DNA of 64,000 nt from Raja brachyura (Eukaryota), in the NCBI GenBank assembly GCA_963514005.1, contig OY740789.1, positions 21,948,001 to 22,012,000 of the forward strand, written 5' to 3'. The notes below the pieces were generated by a model that was given only the letters and a program-made list of their open reading frames with translations, did no database searches and was not told the DNA's origin. This document shows positions 48,101-60,948 of the stretch, piece after piece. Every line of letters begins with the position of its first letter. Position 1 is the first letter of the stretch. The translations under genes and the position numbers were made by a program.

Positions 48101-51100
48101 ACTGTGCCTTTTGCAATGTGTGCCTTTTGCAATGTGTGCCTTTTGCAATGTGTGGCCATTGAAACTGTGTGGCCATGGAAACTGTGTGGCCATGGAAACC
48201 GTGTGGCCATGGAAACCGTGTGGCCATGGAAACTGTGTGGCCATGGAAACCGTGTGGCTATTCAAATGTGTGGCTATTCAAACGTGCAGCTATTGCAACG
48301 GTGCGGCTATTGCAACGTGCGGCTATTGCAGCTGTGCGGCTATTGCAACTGTGTGGCTATTGAAACGGTGTGCCTTTTGAAACTGTGTGCCTTTTGCAAC
48401 TGTGCCTTTTGCAACTGTGCGGCCATGGAAACTGTGTGGCCATGGAAACTGTGCGGCCATGGAAACCGTGCGGCCATGGAAACCGTGCGGCCATGGAATC
48501 CATGTGGCCATGGAAACCGTGTGGCTATTCAAACGTGTGGCTATTGCAACGTGCGGCTATTGCAACGTGCGGCTATTGCAACATGCGGCTATTGCAACTG
48601 TGCGGCTATTGCAACTGTGCGGCTATCGCAACTGTGCGGCTAACGCAACTGTGCGGCTATCGAAACTGTGCGGCTATCGAAACTGTGCGGCTATCGAAAC
48701 TGTGCGGCTATCGAAACTGTGCGGCTATCGAAACTGCAGTTATTAAAATCTGTGCCTTTTACAACTGTGCCTTTTGCAACTGTGCCTATTGCAATGTGTA
48801 GCTATTGCAATTGTGTGGCTATTGAAATTGTGCGGCAATTGAAACTGTGTGGCTATTGCAACTGTGTGGCTATTACAACTTTGTGGCTATTGCAACTGTG
48901 CCTTTTACAACTGTGCCTATTGAAATGTGTGGCTATTGCAACTGTGTGGCTAATGCAACTGTGCCTTTTGCAACTGTGCATTTTGCAGCTGTGCATATTG
49001 AAATGTGTGGCTATTGCAACTTTGTGGCTATTGCAACTGTGTGGCTATTAAAATGTGTGCCTTTTGCAACTGTGCCTATTGAAATGTGTAGTCATTGAAA
49101 TTGTGTGGCTATTGAAACTGTGGCTATTGAAACTGTGTGGCTACTGCAACTGTGTGGCTACTGCAACTGTGTGGCTACTGCAACTGTGTGGCTACTGCAA
49201 CTGTGTGGCTACTGCAACTGTGTGGCTACTGCAACTGTGTGGCTGTTGCAACTGTGTGGCTGTTGCAACTGTGTGGCTGTTGCAACTGTGTGGCTGTTGC
49301 AACTGTGTGGCTGTTGCAACTGTGTGGCTGTTGCAAATGTGTGCCTTTTGCAACTGTGCCTTTTGCAACTGTGCCTTTTGCAATGTGTGACTATTGAAAT
49401 AACCATATCACCATATAACCATATAACAATTACAGCACGGAAACAGGCCTTCTCGGCCCTTCCAGTCTGTGCCAATCGTTTATTTTCCCCTAGTCCCATC
49501 TACCTGCACTCAGACCATACCCCTCCATTCCCTTCCCATCCATATACCTATCCACTTTACTTTTAAATGTTAAAATTGAACCTGCCTCCACCACTTCTGC
49601 AGGAAGATCATTCCACACAGCCACCACTCTCTGAGTAAAGAATGTGTGGATATTGCAATTGTGCGGCTATTGAAATTGTATGGCTATTAAAGATGTGTGG
49701 CTATTGAAATTGTGCGGCTATTGAAATTGTGTGGCTATTGAAACAGTGTGCCTTTTGCAATGTGTGCTTATTGAAACGTGTGGCTATTGAAACGTGTGGC
49801 TTTTGAAACGTGTGACAATAGAAATGTGTGGCTATTGAAATGTGTGGCTATTGCAACTGTGTGGCTATTGCAACTGTGTGGCTATTGCAAATCTGTCCCT
49901 TTTGCAACTGTGTGCCTTTTGCAACTGTGCCTTTTGCAACTGTGCGGCTATTGAAACTGTGTGGTTATTGCAACTGTGTGGTTATTGCAACTGTGCGGCT
50001 ATTGCAACTGTGCGGCTATTGAAATCTGTGCCTTTTGCAACTGTGCCTTTTGCAACTGTGCCTATTGAAATGTGTGCCTATTGAAATGTGTGACTATTGA
50101 AACTGTGTGGTATTGAAACTGTGCGGCTATTAAAATGTGTTCCTTTTGCAACTGTGCAGGTATTGCAAATGTGCGGCTATTGCAACTTTGCGGCTATTGC
50201 AACTGTGCGGCTATTGCAACTGTGCGGCTATTGCAACTGTGCCTTTTGAAACTGTACCTATTCAAATGAGTGGATATTGCAACTGTGTGGATATTGCAAT
50301 TGTGTGGCTATTGCAACTGTGTGGCTTTTGCAACTGTGCAGATAGTGCAACTGCGGATATTGCAACTCTGCGGCTATTGCAACTGTGCGGCTATTGCTAT
50401 TGTGCGGCTATTGCTTCTGTGGGGCTATTGCTCCTGTGCGGATATTGGTACTGTGCGGCTATTGCTATTGTGCGGCTATTGCTTCTGTGGGGCTATTGCT
50501 TCTGTGCGGCTATTGCTCCTGTGCGGATATTGGTACTGTGCGGCTATTGCTACTGTGTGGCTTTTGAAAGTTTGCGACTATTGAAAGTGTGCAGCTATTA
50601 TATTTGTGCTTTTTGCAACTGTGCCTATTGAAATGTGTGGCTATTGAAATGTGTGGCTATTGAAATTATGTGGCTATTGCAACTGTGTGCCTATTGCAAC
50701 TGTGTGGCTATTGCAACTGTGTGGCTATTGCAACTGTGTGGCTATTGCAACTGTGTGGCTATTGCAACTGTGCCTTTTGCAACTGTGCCTTTTGCAACTG
50801 TGCCTTTTGCAACTGTGCCCTTTGCAACTGTGCCCTTTGCAACTGTGCCTATTGAAATGTGTGGATATTGCAACTGTGTGGATATTGCTACAGTGCAGAT
50901 ATTCCTACTGTGCGGATATTGCTACTGTGTGGCTATTGCTACTGTGCAGCTATTGTTACTGTGCGGATATTGAAAGTGTGCGGCTATTGAAAGTGTTCGG
51001 CTATTTAAAGTTTGCGGCTATTGAAAGTGTGCGGCTATTGAAAGTGTGCGGCTATTGAAAGTGTGCGGCTATTGAAACAGAGTGCCTTTTGCAACTGTGT

Positions 51101-54100
51101 CTTTTGAAATTGTGCCTATTGAAATGTGTGGCTATTGAAATTATGTGGCTATTGAAATTGTGTGGCTATTGAAACTGTGTGGCTATTAAAATGTGTGCCT
51201 TTTGCACTGAGCCTTTTGCAATGTGTGGCTATTGAAACATATGGCTATTGAAACGTTTGGCTATTGAAATGTGTGGCTATTGCAACTGTGTGGCTATTGC
51301 AACTGTGCGGCTATTGCAACTGTGCGGCTATTGCTACTGTGCGGCTATTGCAAGTGTGCAGCTATTATATTTGTGCCTTTTGCAACTGTGCCTTTTGCAA
51401 CTGTGCGTATTGAAAAGTGTGGCTATTTAAATTGTGTGGCTATTGAAACTGTGGCTATTAAAATGTGTGCCTTTTGCACTGAGCCTTTTGCAATGTGTGG
51501 CTATTGAAACGTGTGGCTATTGAAACGTGGCTATTGCAACTGTGTGGCTATTGCAACTGTGTGGCTATTGAAACTGTGTGGCTATTGAAACTGTGCGGAT
51601 ATTGAAACTGTGCGGTTAATGAAATCTGTGCCTTAAGCAACTGTGCCTTTTGCACTGAGCCTTTTGCAATGTGTGGCTATTGAAACGTGTGGCTATTGAA
51701 ATTGTCTGGCTATTGAAATTGTGTGGCTACTGTGTGGCTATTGAAATCTGGGCCTTTTGCAACTGCTCCTATTGAGCCACTGTGTGGCTCTTGCAACTGT
51801 GTGGCTCTTGCAACTGTGTGGCTCTTGCAACTGTGCCTATTGAAATTTGTGGCTATTTAAATGTGTGGCTATGGCATTTGTGTGGCTATTGAAAATGTGT
51901 GGCTATTGAAATAGTGTGGCTGTTAAAATTGTGTGGCTGTTGAAATTGTGTGGCAATTGAAATTGTGTGGCGATTGAAATTGTGTGGCTATTGAAGCTGT
52001 GGCTATTAAAATGTGTGCCTTTTGCACTGAGCCTTTTGCAATGTGTGGCTGTTGAAACGTGTGGCTATAGAAACGTGTGGCTTTTGAAACGGGTGGCTAT
52101 AGCAACGGTGTGGCTATTGCAACTGTGCGGCTATTGCAACTGTGCGGCTATTGCAACTGTGCGGCTATTGCAACTGTGCGGCTATTGCAACCGTGCGGCT
52201 ATTGAAACTGTGCGGCTATTGAAACTGGGGCTATTAAAATGTGTGCCTTTTGTAACTGTGCCTTTTGCAATGTATGCCTTCTGCAATGTTAGGTTATTGG
52301 AACATGTGGCTATTGAAACATGTGGCTTTTGAAATGTGTGGCTATTGAAACGTGTGGCTATTGAAACATGTGGCTATTGAAACGTGTGGCTATTGCAACA
52401 ATGTGCCTTTTGCAACTGTGCCTATTTAAATGTGTGGCTATTGAAATGTGTGGCTATTGAAATGTGTGGCTATTGAAATGTGTGGCTATTATAATGTGTG
52501 CCTTTTACAACTGTGCCTATTGAATTGTGTAGCTGTTGCAATTGTGTGCCTATTGCAACGGTGTGGCTATTGCAACTCTGTGCCTTTTGCAACTGTGCCT
52601 TTTGCAACTGTATGGATATTGCAACTGTGTGGCTATTTTAACTGTGTGGCTATTGCACCTGTGTGGCTATTAAAATGTGTGCCTTTTGCAACTGTGCAGC
52701 TATTGCAACTGTGCGACTATTGCAACAGTGCAGCTATTGCAACTGTGTGGCTATTAAAATGTGTGCCTTTTGCAACTGTGCCTTTTGCAATGTGTGCCTT
52801 TTGCAATGTGTGGCTATTGGAACGTGTGGCTATTGAAACGGGTGGCTTTTGAAACGGGTGGCTTTTGAAACACATTGCAGTAGCCACACATTAGCAATAG
52901 CCACAGTTGCAAAAGGCACAGTTGCAAAAGGCACACATTTCAATAGGCACAGTGCAAAAGGCACACATTTCTATTGCCACACAGTTGCAAGAGCCACACA
53001 GTTGCAATATCCACTCATTCGAATAGGCACAGTTTCAAAAGGCACAGTTGCAATAGCCGCACAGTTGCAATAGCCACACGTTGCAAAAGGCACACGTTGC
53101 AAAAGGCACACGTTGCAAAAGGCACACGTTGCAAAAGGCACACATTGCAAAAGGCACAGATTTCAATAGCTGCACAGTTTCAATAGCCGCACAGGCTAAT
53201 GCAACTGTGCGGCTATTGCAACTGGGTGGCTATTGAATCTGTACGGCTATTGAAATCTGTGCCTTTTGCAACTGTGCCTTTTGCAACTGCACCTATTGAA
53301 ATGTGTGGCTATTGAAACTGTGTGGATATTGAAACTGTGCGGCTATTGCAACTGTGTGCGGCTATTGCAACTGTGTGCGGCTATTGAAACTGTGTGCGGC
53401 TATTGAAACTGTGGCTATTGCAACTGTGTGGCTATTGCAACTGGGCGGCTATTGAAACTTTACGGCTATTGAAATCTGTGCCTTTTGCAACTGTGCCTTT
53501 TGTAACTGTGCCTTTTCAAACTGTGCCTATTCAAATGAGTGGATATTGCAACTGTGTGGATATTGCAACTGTGTCGCTATTGCAACTGTGGCTATTAAAA
53601 TGTGTGCCTTTTGCAACTGTGCGGCTATTGCTACTGTGTGGCTATTAAAAGTGTGTGGCTATTGCAATTGTAGCTATCGAAACTGTGTGGCTATTAAAAT
53701 GTGTGCCTTTTGCAACTATGCCTATTGAGTGTGTAGCTATTGTAATTGTATGTCTATTGCAACTGTGTGGCTATTGCAACTGTGCCTTTTGCAACTGTGC
53801 CTATTGCAACTGTGTGGCTATATTAACTGGGTGGCTATTGCAACTGTGTGGCTATTAAAATGTGTGCCTTTTGCAACTGTGCAGCTATTGCAACTGTGAG
53901 GCTATTGCAACTGCGTGGCTATTAAAATATGTGCCTTTTGCAACTGTGCCTTTTGCAATGTGTGCCTTTTGCAATGTGTAGCTATTGAAATGTGCGGCTA
54001 TTGCAACTGTGCGGCTATTGAAATGTGTGGCTATTGAAATGTGTGGCTATTGAAATGTGTGGCTTTTGAAATTGTGTGGCGATTGAAACTGTGTGGCTAT

Positions 54101-54897
54101 CGAAACTGTGGCTATCGAAACTGTGTGGCTATCGAAACTGTGTGGCTATCGAAACTGTGTGGCTATTAAAATGTGTGCCTTTTGCAACTGTGCCTATTGA
54201 AATGTGCAGATATTGCAACTGTGTGGCTATTGCAACTGTGTGGCTATTAAAATGTGTGCCTTTTGCAACTGTGCGGCTATTGCAACTGTGCGGCTATTGC
54301 TACTGTGCGGATATTGAAACTTGTGTTGATATTGAAACTGTGCGGCTATTGAAAGTGTGTGGCTATTAAAATGTGTGCCTTTTGCAACTTGTCCTTTTGC
54401 AATGTGTGGCAATTGAAATGTGTGGCTATTGAAACATGTGGCTATTGAAACGTGTGACTATTGAAACGTGTGGCTATTGAAATTGTGTGGCTATTGAAAT
54501 TGTGTGGCTATTGAAATTGTGTGGCTATTGAAACTTGTGGCTATTGAAACTTGTGGCTATTGAAACTGTGTGGCTATTGCAACTGTGTGGTTATTGCAAC
54601 TGTGTGGCTATTACAACTGTGTGGCTATTGCAAATGTGCGGCTATTGCAAATGTGCGGCTATTGAAATGTGCGGCTATTGAAATGTGCGGTGATTGAAAT
54701 GTGCGGTGATTGCAACTGTGCGGCGATTGTAACTGTGCGGCGATTGCAACTGTGCGGCGATTGCAACTGTGTGGCTATTGCAACTGTGCCTTTTGAAATG
54801 TGTAGCTATTGCAATTGTGTGGCTATTGAAATGTGTGGCTATAGAAACTGTGCTGCTATTGCAACTGTGCGGCTATTGCAACTGTGCGGCTATTGTG
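48100..54897 (+). repeat. 6.8-kb complex minisatellite (15-17-bp units GCAACTGTGTGGCTATT / GAAATGTGTGGCTATT / GCAACTGTGCCTTTT)
   Basis: Directly visible tandem periodicity with locally homogenised variant blocks. Confidence 0.97.
49400..49641 (-). mobile_element. CR1-type 3' end inserted in the minisatellite
   Basis: (AACCATAT)n tail, GGAAACAGGCC...CATTCCACACAGCCACCACTCTCTG. Confidence 0.8.
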
Positions 54898-54899
54898 TG

Positions 54900-55130
54900 T
54901 GGGCTCACTCTGGCAATGGAGGAGGGCGGGGAGAGAAAAGTCAGTAAGGGATTGGGAAGGAAAGATAAAATGGTTGGAATTCAGGAGAATAAGCAGGCCT
55001 TGGTGGACCGAGCGCAATTGCTCGATGAAATGGTCGCCTAGTTCATGGTTGGTCTCGCCGATGTAAAGGAGGCCACAGCAGGAACACCAAATGCAGGAGA
55101 TGAGGTCAGAGGAAGTGTATGTGAACCTTT
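54900..55130 (-). mobile_element. Penelope-like fragment abutting the array
   Basis: CTCACTCTGGCAATGGAGGAGG, similar to 19006-19140. Confidence 0.55.
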
Positions 55131-55779
55131 GCCGACTTAGTTTGGTCTTCTACTTCCCCTAACTCACACCGTTTCACATGAAGAATGCCTGTAATGGAGC
55201 CCTCATTCTTTCCTCCGACACAAGTCTCTAGTCCCTTGAGCTTTGGACAAAACTGAAATTTGATGCAGTGGGCATGTTACCAAAACAATCCACATCTCCA
55301 CCATTCTGACACACCCAACAATTAATATTGTAAAGTTAGCAGAGATGGAAAGCAACATGGCAAGGTCCTTGAATTCAATTTAATTCTATCAAAACTTGAA
55401 TTCATCATTTCACATGAAGCAATTAAACAATGCGGATGCTGAAAAATGTAAGGAATGACAACGCCTACGCAAAGAGGAAAACATTTCAGGTCAATAAAAT
55501 TTAATCACAATTGAATAATGGGAGAAATAATAGGCTCAAACGCGAGGGAAGAGAAATCCCATGAGTTGAGGCAGCTGGAAAGGCAGGATTGATTAAAAAT
55601 AAAAGGAATGAAAGTGCAACTCTTAGGGTTGGTAATGTAATAAGAAAGAAAATATCTTTCCAGAGGGGGTGGGGGTGATTAAGCAAACGGAGGGGCTAAT
55701 GGGCAAGTGGGGGTTTTGATAAGCAAATCTCAAAGGAAGGACAAGCAGGGAGAAGTTCATGAAAATGGGAATGATGAAG

Positions 55780-56350
55780 AGCTGAAGTGTGTTTACTTCA
55801 AATGCAAAGAGTATTGCGTGTAAAGCTGATGACCTTAGAGCCAGGATCAGTGCTTGGAATTATGATGTTGTGGCCATTAGGAAAACCTGGTTGCGAGAGG
55901 GACACGATTGGCAGCTCAATATGTCTGGATTTCAGATAAAATAGAGAGGAGGGTAAAAGTGTTGGAGGAGTTGCTTTGTCAATCTAGGAGAATGGAAGAA
56001 GACCAATGAATAAAGTATCTTAGATTGAAAGTTGGAAATTCCACTGCAGGAAAACCATTTCCCATGTCAGAGGTAGACAGAATCAGAGGACATAGATTTA
56101 GAATAAAAGGTAATAGGTTAAGATTGGAACAGAGGAAGACTCTTTACACCCAGACAGTGATGAGTACCATGAATGTTCCGTCGGGGAGACTGATTGATGC
56201 AGTTACTTAAACGTTTAATAAGTGTCTGGATAAGCACTTAAATGTCCTAAGCAGAGAAGCTTATGGGCCTAGTGTTGGGATTAATATAGATGGCTGTCCA
56301 CTTGCTGGTATGGAGGTGGTTGGCAGAACAACCTGCTCCTATGCTGTATG
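55780..56350 (+). mobile_element. Old CR1 fragments (endonuclease piece plus 3' end)
   Basis: Degenerate LKCVYF..NA..YDVVAI..TWL and IRGHRFRIKG motifs. Confidence 0.6.
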
Positions 56351-57328
56351 ATTCCATGGCTACACAATTGTCTGTGTGTAAAATCTCTTGAAATGATCAG
56401 CCATTTAATATCTTCAACCCACTCTCACTCTTTCTCTTTCCATAAATTTGCTGGACTGATATTCCCAGCACTTTTCTTACTTATTATTTTGCAGAAATTC
56501 AACCTGCTGTTCATCATAAGTGTATCTGATTTCAATTTCAGATTCTAGCATATGCAATTTTTCGTTCATTTTTGTTTCCATCTTTTTAATGCTTCATTTT
56601 CAACTATACAATGGTGCAGATTTTGTCGAGTAATGCATGAATGCCAAAATTAATTAGCAACCTGGAGGTAAGGAAGAGACATTCAATAAATTGTGTTCAT
56701 CGCAAGCTGCTGGACAATCTGCACTCCTCTGCCATTAGCTTGTGTTGACTGCATTACAAGCTTAGCATCTCGGTGGTATTCAGGAAATTGGTGCATTTGC
56801 ACATTAACTCTCCATTAAACTTGCCACAGAAAGTTAAATGATTAATAGCATAATCATTCTTCAAGAATATTACAATTATTACTGTTTGCCAGTCATCCAC
56901 TCTTGCTCTGTACTTGATCACTAACATGGTGCAAATATTGTTAATTTTAAAAGAGGTTAATTTTAATTCTATTCTTGCTTTTCTTTTGTTTATCTATCAG
57001 GCTAATATGTCATTAAGGCAAATTTACTATCCTTGTCATTCCTTTGTCTGTTTATTGTTCAATTCTTTAATCTGATATAATACATGTCCCATTGATCACC
57101 AGGATTCTAGGTGATCTTCACTAAATCATTATGAGATAGCATGTAGTGGGCAAAATACTTCTGAAGTCTAACTGTGTATGAAGATAACTAATCGGCTAAG
57201 TCATGAGATGACCCACTTCAGCAAAATCTTGCCATAACTGCAAGTCAGCGGTAATCAGTTATAGATCAGTTACTAATAACATGTTATCTGAATCATGTTA
57301 CTTAAATCTCACACAAAAAAGCATTTAA

Positions 57329-57633
57329 TTTAGAGATACAGCGCGGAAACAGGCCCTGCGGCCAACCGGGTCTGCGCCGACCAGCAATCCCGGCACATTA
57401 ACAATATCCTACACACAGTAGGGACAATTTTTACATTTACCAAACCAATTAACCTACAAACCTGTACGTCTTTGGAGTGTGGCAGGAAACTGAAGATCTC
57501 GGAGAAAACTCATGCAGGTCATGGGGAGAACGTACAAACTCCGAACAGACAGCACCCATAATTGGGATCGAACCCGGGTCTCCGGTGCTGCATTCGCTGT
57601 AAGGCAGCAACTCTACCCCTGCGCCACTGTGAC
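57329..57633 (-). mobile_element. tRNA-derived SINE (HE1/V-SINE-like)
   Basis: Same family as 14476-14792. Confidence 0.85.
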
Positions 57634-57716
57634 TGCATTTATTATAAGAAAGCCTTAAAACTATTTTGATTTCGCAAAACGGATAAAATGTAGTAGTACT
57701 AAAATGAATATTTTAC

Positions 57717-57827
57717 CTTATTGAAAGCTCGATAACACAATCCACATAATTCAACAAGGTACGCAAGACTGAAGACTCCATTCTGAATCACAAAGCTCAG
57801 TAATTTGGAAAATGGCTCCAAAAGGCT
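57717..57827 (-). CDS. UNC79: UNC79 exon
   Basis: SLLEPFSKLLSFVIQNGVFSLAYLVELCGLCYRAFNK; AG/GT. Confidence 0.97.
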
Positions 57828-58273
57828 CTAAATGCAAGATAATTGAAATATAGGAACTACCATTAATTAAAAGGAAAAAAATAAGAGATTTCCCATCGGA
57901 ACACACACAGAAAAAGACCACAATCAGTTGAATTCTGGTTTACAGTATATTACAAATGGTAAATTCAGAGTATATAGAATCTGCACAACATTTAGAAAGC
58001 CTCACAACTTTCCCTTCATGAACAACAAACTTAATTTACTACCAATTATATTGGGAACTGACAGGTCTGTCTCCACAAATTCCCTGCTAATTTCTCAATC
58101 TTTACTGTTCCACAGCATCAACAGATGCCGGATGCTACACCAAGGAAGGAGATTTATTTCAAGATTGTCTGGTGTGCCAATTCATCCACTACTTTGGAAT
58201 AATATGGGCAAAGTCATTTCCAAACCATTCCATCTTTGCAGCTGAAATTCTTTAAGTATGAAAGTTGGAATGA

Positions 58274-58637
58274 TTCCAAGGATAGTATGGTACAACACAA
58301 TGTTGGAGTTAAATCTAATTACGGGTTGGGTGATTGGTGGGGAGGGATGAGAGGCAGGTATATCATCACTTCTCTTTTTCTTTCCTTTTTGTCTTTTTAT
58401 TTCTCTACTCCTTCCTTATTTCTTTTACTCACTCACTCTTTGGCTACACCACCTTGGTAGTCTAGGGGTTCTATCCTTGCACATTCCACTTTTTCTCTCT
58501 TGCTTTTTCTCCCCTCTTTTCTCTTAACTACAGCTAAAAGTCAAAATTGAAGCTGTACAATAACTGTATTATGTCATATGTCGTTGGATATATTTCTGTA
58601 CACTTGCTTCTAATAAATTAAAAAAATTAAAAATTAA
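58274..58637 (+). mobile_element. A-tailed retroposed fragment (L1/Tx1-like 3' end)
   Basis: AATAAA plus A-rich tail; TSD AAAGTTGGAATGA at 58261-58273 and 58638-58650. Confidence 0.7.
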
Positions 58638-59202
58638 AAAGTTGGAATGAAATAAATATATCCAGAGAAGGGGAATATTCAAAGTAATTAGTAATTTAAA
58701 AAAAGAAACAGAGACATATCTAGGAAGGGTATATCAAATGAAAAATGAGCTGTGAGGCAAAGAAATGAAAGGAAGACCCTCCACAAAGTTGCCCACAGTC
58801 TAAACATAAATTCATCACAGGTATAATGGAAATTATTTAAGGTTATCTCTCCAGAAGGGTTTTGGCAATAAAGCAGAAGCAATTCTAACGAGATCTCAAC
58901 CAAGATTAAAAAAGAAACAAGTTTGATAATGGACAGATTAAATCGCGGTAACCTAAATAAAATATATAATAGGTGAAGTGAGGAAAGCAGAACAATAAAT
59001 CTCGCAAAAACAGAAAATAACTAATAACCAAGTCTAAAGGTCAATGCATACTGTAGAACAACAAAACCAAAGTTACTGAGGAACAAATTAAAATTAATCC
59101 AAAATTTAAAAAAAAAACAAATTACGGAATTTTTGGAGGATGCTTAAAATCAAGTTCATTCCTCAGGGATAAAGGGCATTGAAAAAAATATCTTTAGCTC
59201 AC

Positions 59203-59271
59203 CCGTGATGCACTTGCAGTAGGTATCTTAAGAAGACAGATCATGATTGCCAAACTGGAATCCAAACAGCA
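59203..59271 (-). CDS. UNC79: UNC79 exon
   Basis: CCLDSSLAIMICLLKIPTASASR; AG/GT. Confidence 0.95.
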
Positions 59272-59624
59272 CTGCAGACAAAATGAACTGACCATGATTT
59301 GGGCACTTGCAATGTTCATAACTGACAAGTACAATTTGAAAGTTTCAGTACATCCAAATAAATATGATAATAATAATAATCTTTTATTGGCATTACACAT
59401 AAGTGCAACGAGATTTGGTATGCAACTTCCATCCGATGTCACAACTTAATCGACAAATAAAATTTAGGTTTAAATACCCCGAGAACAAGGTTTGTAAAAA
59501 CGAACATTTGACCAGAAACATCAATTTATATATGAGTATGATGAGTAATATGAGATTTCATGTCTAGGTAAAATGATCTACAGTATTTCCAACACCTCAG
59601 AAATATCTAGTTATTGTTTACAAA

Positions 59625-60425
59625 ACATAAAGAAGTAGGGGCAGGAGTAGACATTCTGCCCCTCATACCCGCTCAGCATATCAGTAAGATCACGGCTAAC
59701 CTTGATCACGTCGACTGTGGTGAACTAGGCCCACATTTGTTAATTCTCTTGATATCTTAAAACCTTCTGATCTCTGTTGGGAATATAACAACTCTACCTC
59801 CACTGTTCTCTTTAGCAGAGAATTTTAGAATGGAAAAAATTTTACATCCGAGTTTTGAATGGCCAAAGCTTTATTTTGAGAATGTGACCACTGGTTCTAG
59901 ACACTGCAGCCAGGGGGAAATATAATGACCGATAAGAATTTTGTATGTTTCAATGGGATCCCATCTCATCATCCTAAACTCTACAGTGTATGGAAGCACA
60001 CCGTGTAATCTCGAGAATAGGGCAATCCCAGTAATCTATCTAATGAATCTTTCTGGTACTCCCTCTATTGAAAGTATATTCTTACTTGGGTAAGGAGACG
60101 TAAAGTCATAGAGAGATTACGCATGAAAACAGGCCCTTTGCCCACTGAGTCCATGCCAACAATCAACCACCTGCTTAGGCTCATCCTAAATTAAGCACAT
60201 TTATTATTCTCTCCACATTCTCATCAACCCCCCGCCACCCCCAGCCACCAGCACACTCGGTACAATTTACAGTGTCCAATTAGCCTAAGAATCCACCTGC
60301 ATTGGGGATGAGGAAGGAAACTGGTCCACTCATAGGAAATTTGTATGATTATAGGGAGAATGTGCAAAATTCCACTTAGCATGCAAGTTCAGGATTGAAC
60401 TAGTTGTGCCACTGCACTGTGCTAC
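59625..60425 (-). mobile_element. Old CR1 3' end followed by an old SINE
   Basis: Diverged matches to the CR1 tail and SINE families above. Confidence 0.55.
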
Positions 60426-60948
60426 ACAATTATTCATCAGGTCCAACATTTGGAGCACTATTTTTGCATTTAAATTTGCATGTAATAAAATCCAATATAC
60501 TGATAGCATTCTTAACATTAGCATTATAAAAATATTTTGCTTTTCTATTTTTTAAACACTAAAGTAAATAACTTCATATTCTCCATAGTACATGTACTAT
60601 TTCTCATACCCTTGTCTATTCACTGAAGCTGTTCTGCATCCTAATCATTTTGCCACTTATTTACTTTATTCTTTTGTGGTGAATTCTGCTCGATGTTGTT
60701 TGGCATCGCTGTTGACTTTCTTGGTAAGTTAAATGAGGACAGTAGTTGCATAATTAATGACAGGGCCATTTGAGAGTGCTGTAGAGCAAAGAGACTGAGG
60801 GATACAATTACATGATTCCCTGAAAGCGGCAGTGCAGGTAGAAGGAGGTTTTTGGCACGCTTGCATTCATCCGTCAAGGCATTGAGTACAAGTTATAAAT
60901 GTATGTGCAAAACTACAGCTATTGGAAGTCAATTTGGGTTCATGCCTG

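Noticed and set aside
48100-54897. CRISPR-like array
   Set aside because: Units are contiguous with no unique spacers, there are no cas genes, and the context is eukaryotic.
55036-55045. CTAGT as the Helitron 3' terminus
   Set aside because: It is part of the Penelope-like fragment and has no preceding GC-rich hairpin.
48104-55066. Dozens of Cys-rich ORFs (LLQLCGYCNCVAIATVW...) resembling metallothionein or keratin-associated proteins
   Set aside because: They are translations of the 15-17-bp tandem repeat; the same peptide appears in all three frames, with frequent stops.
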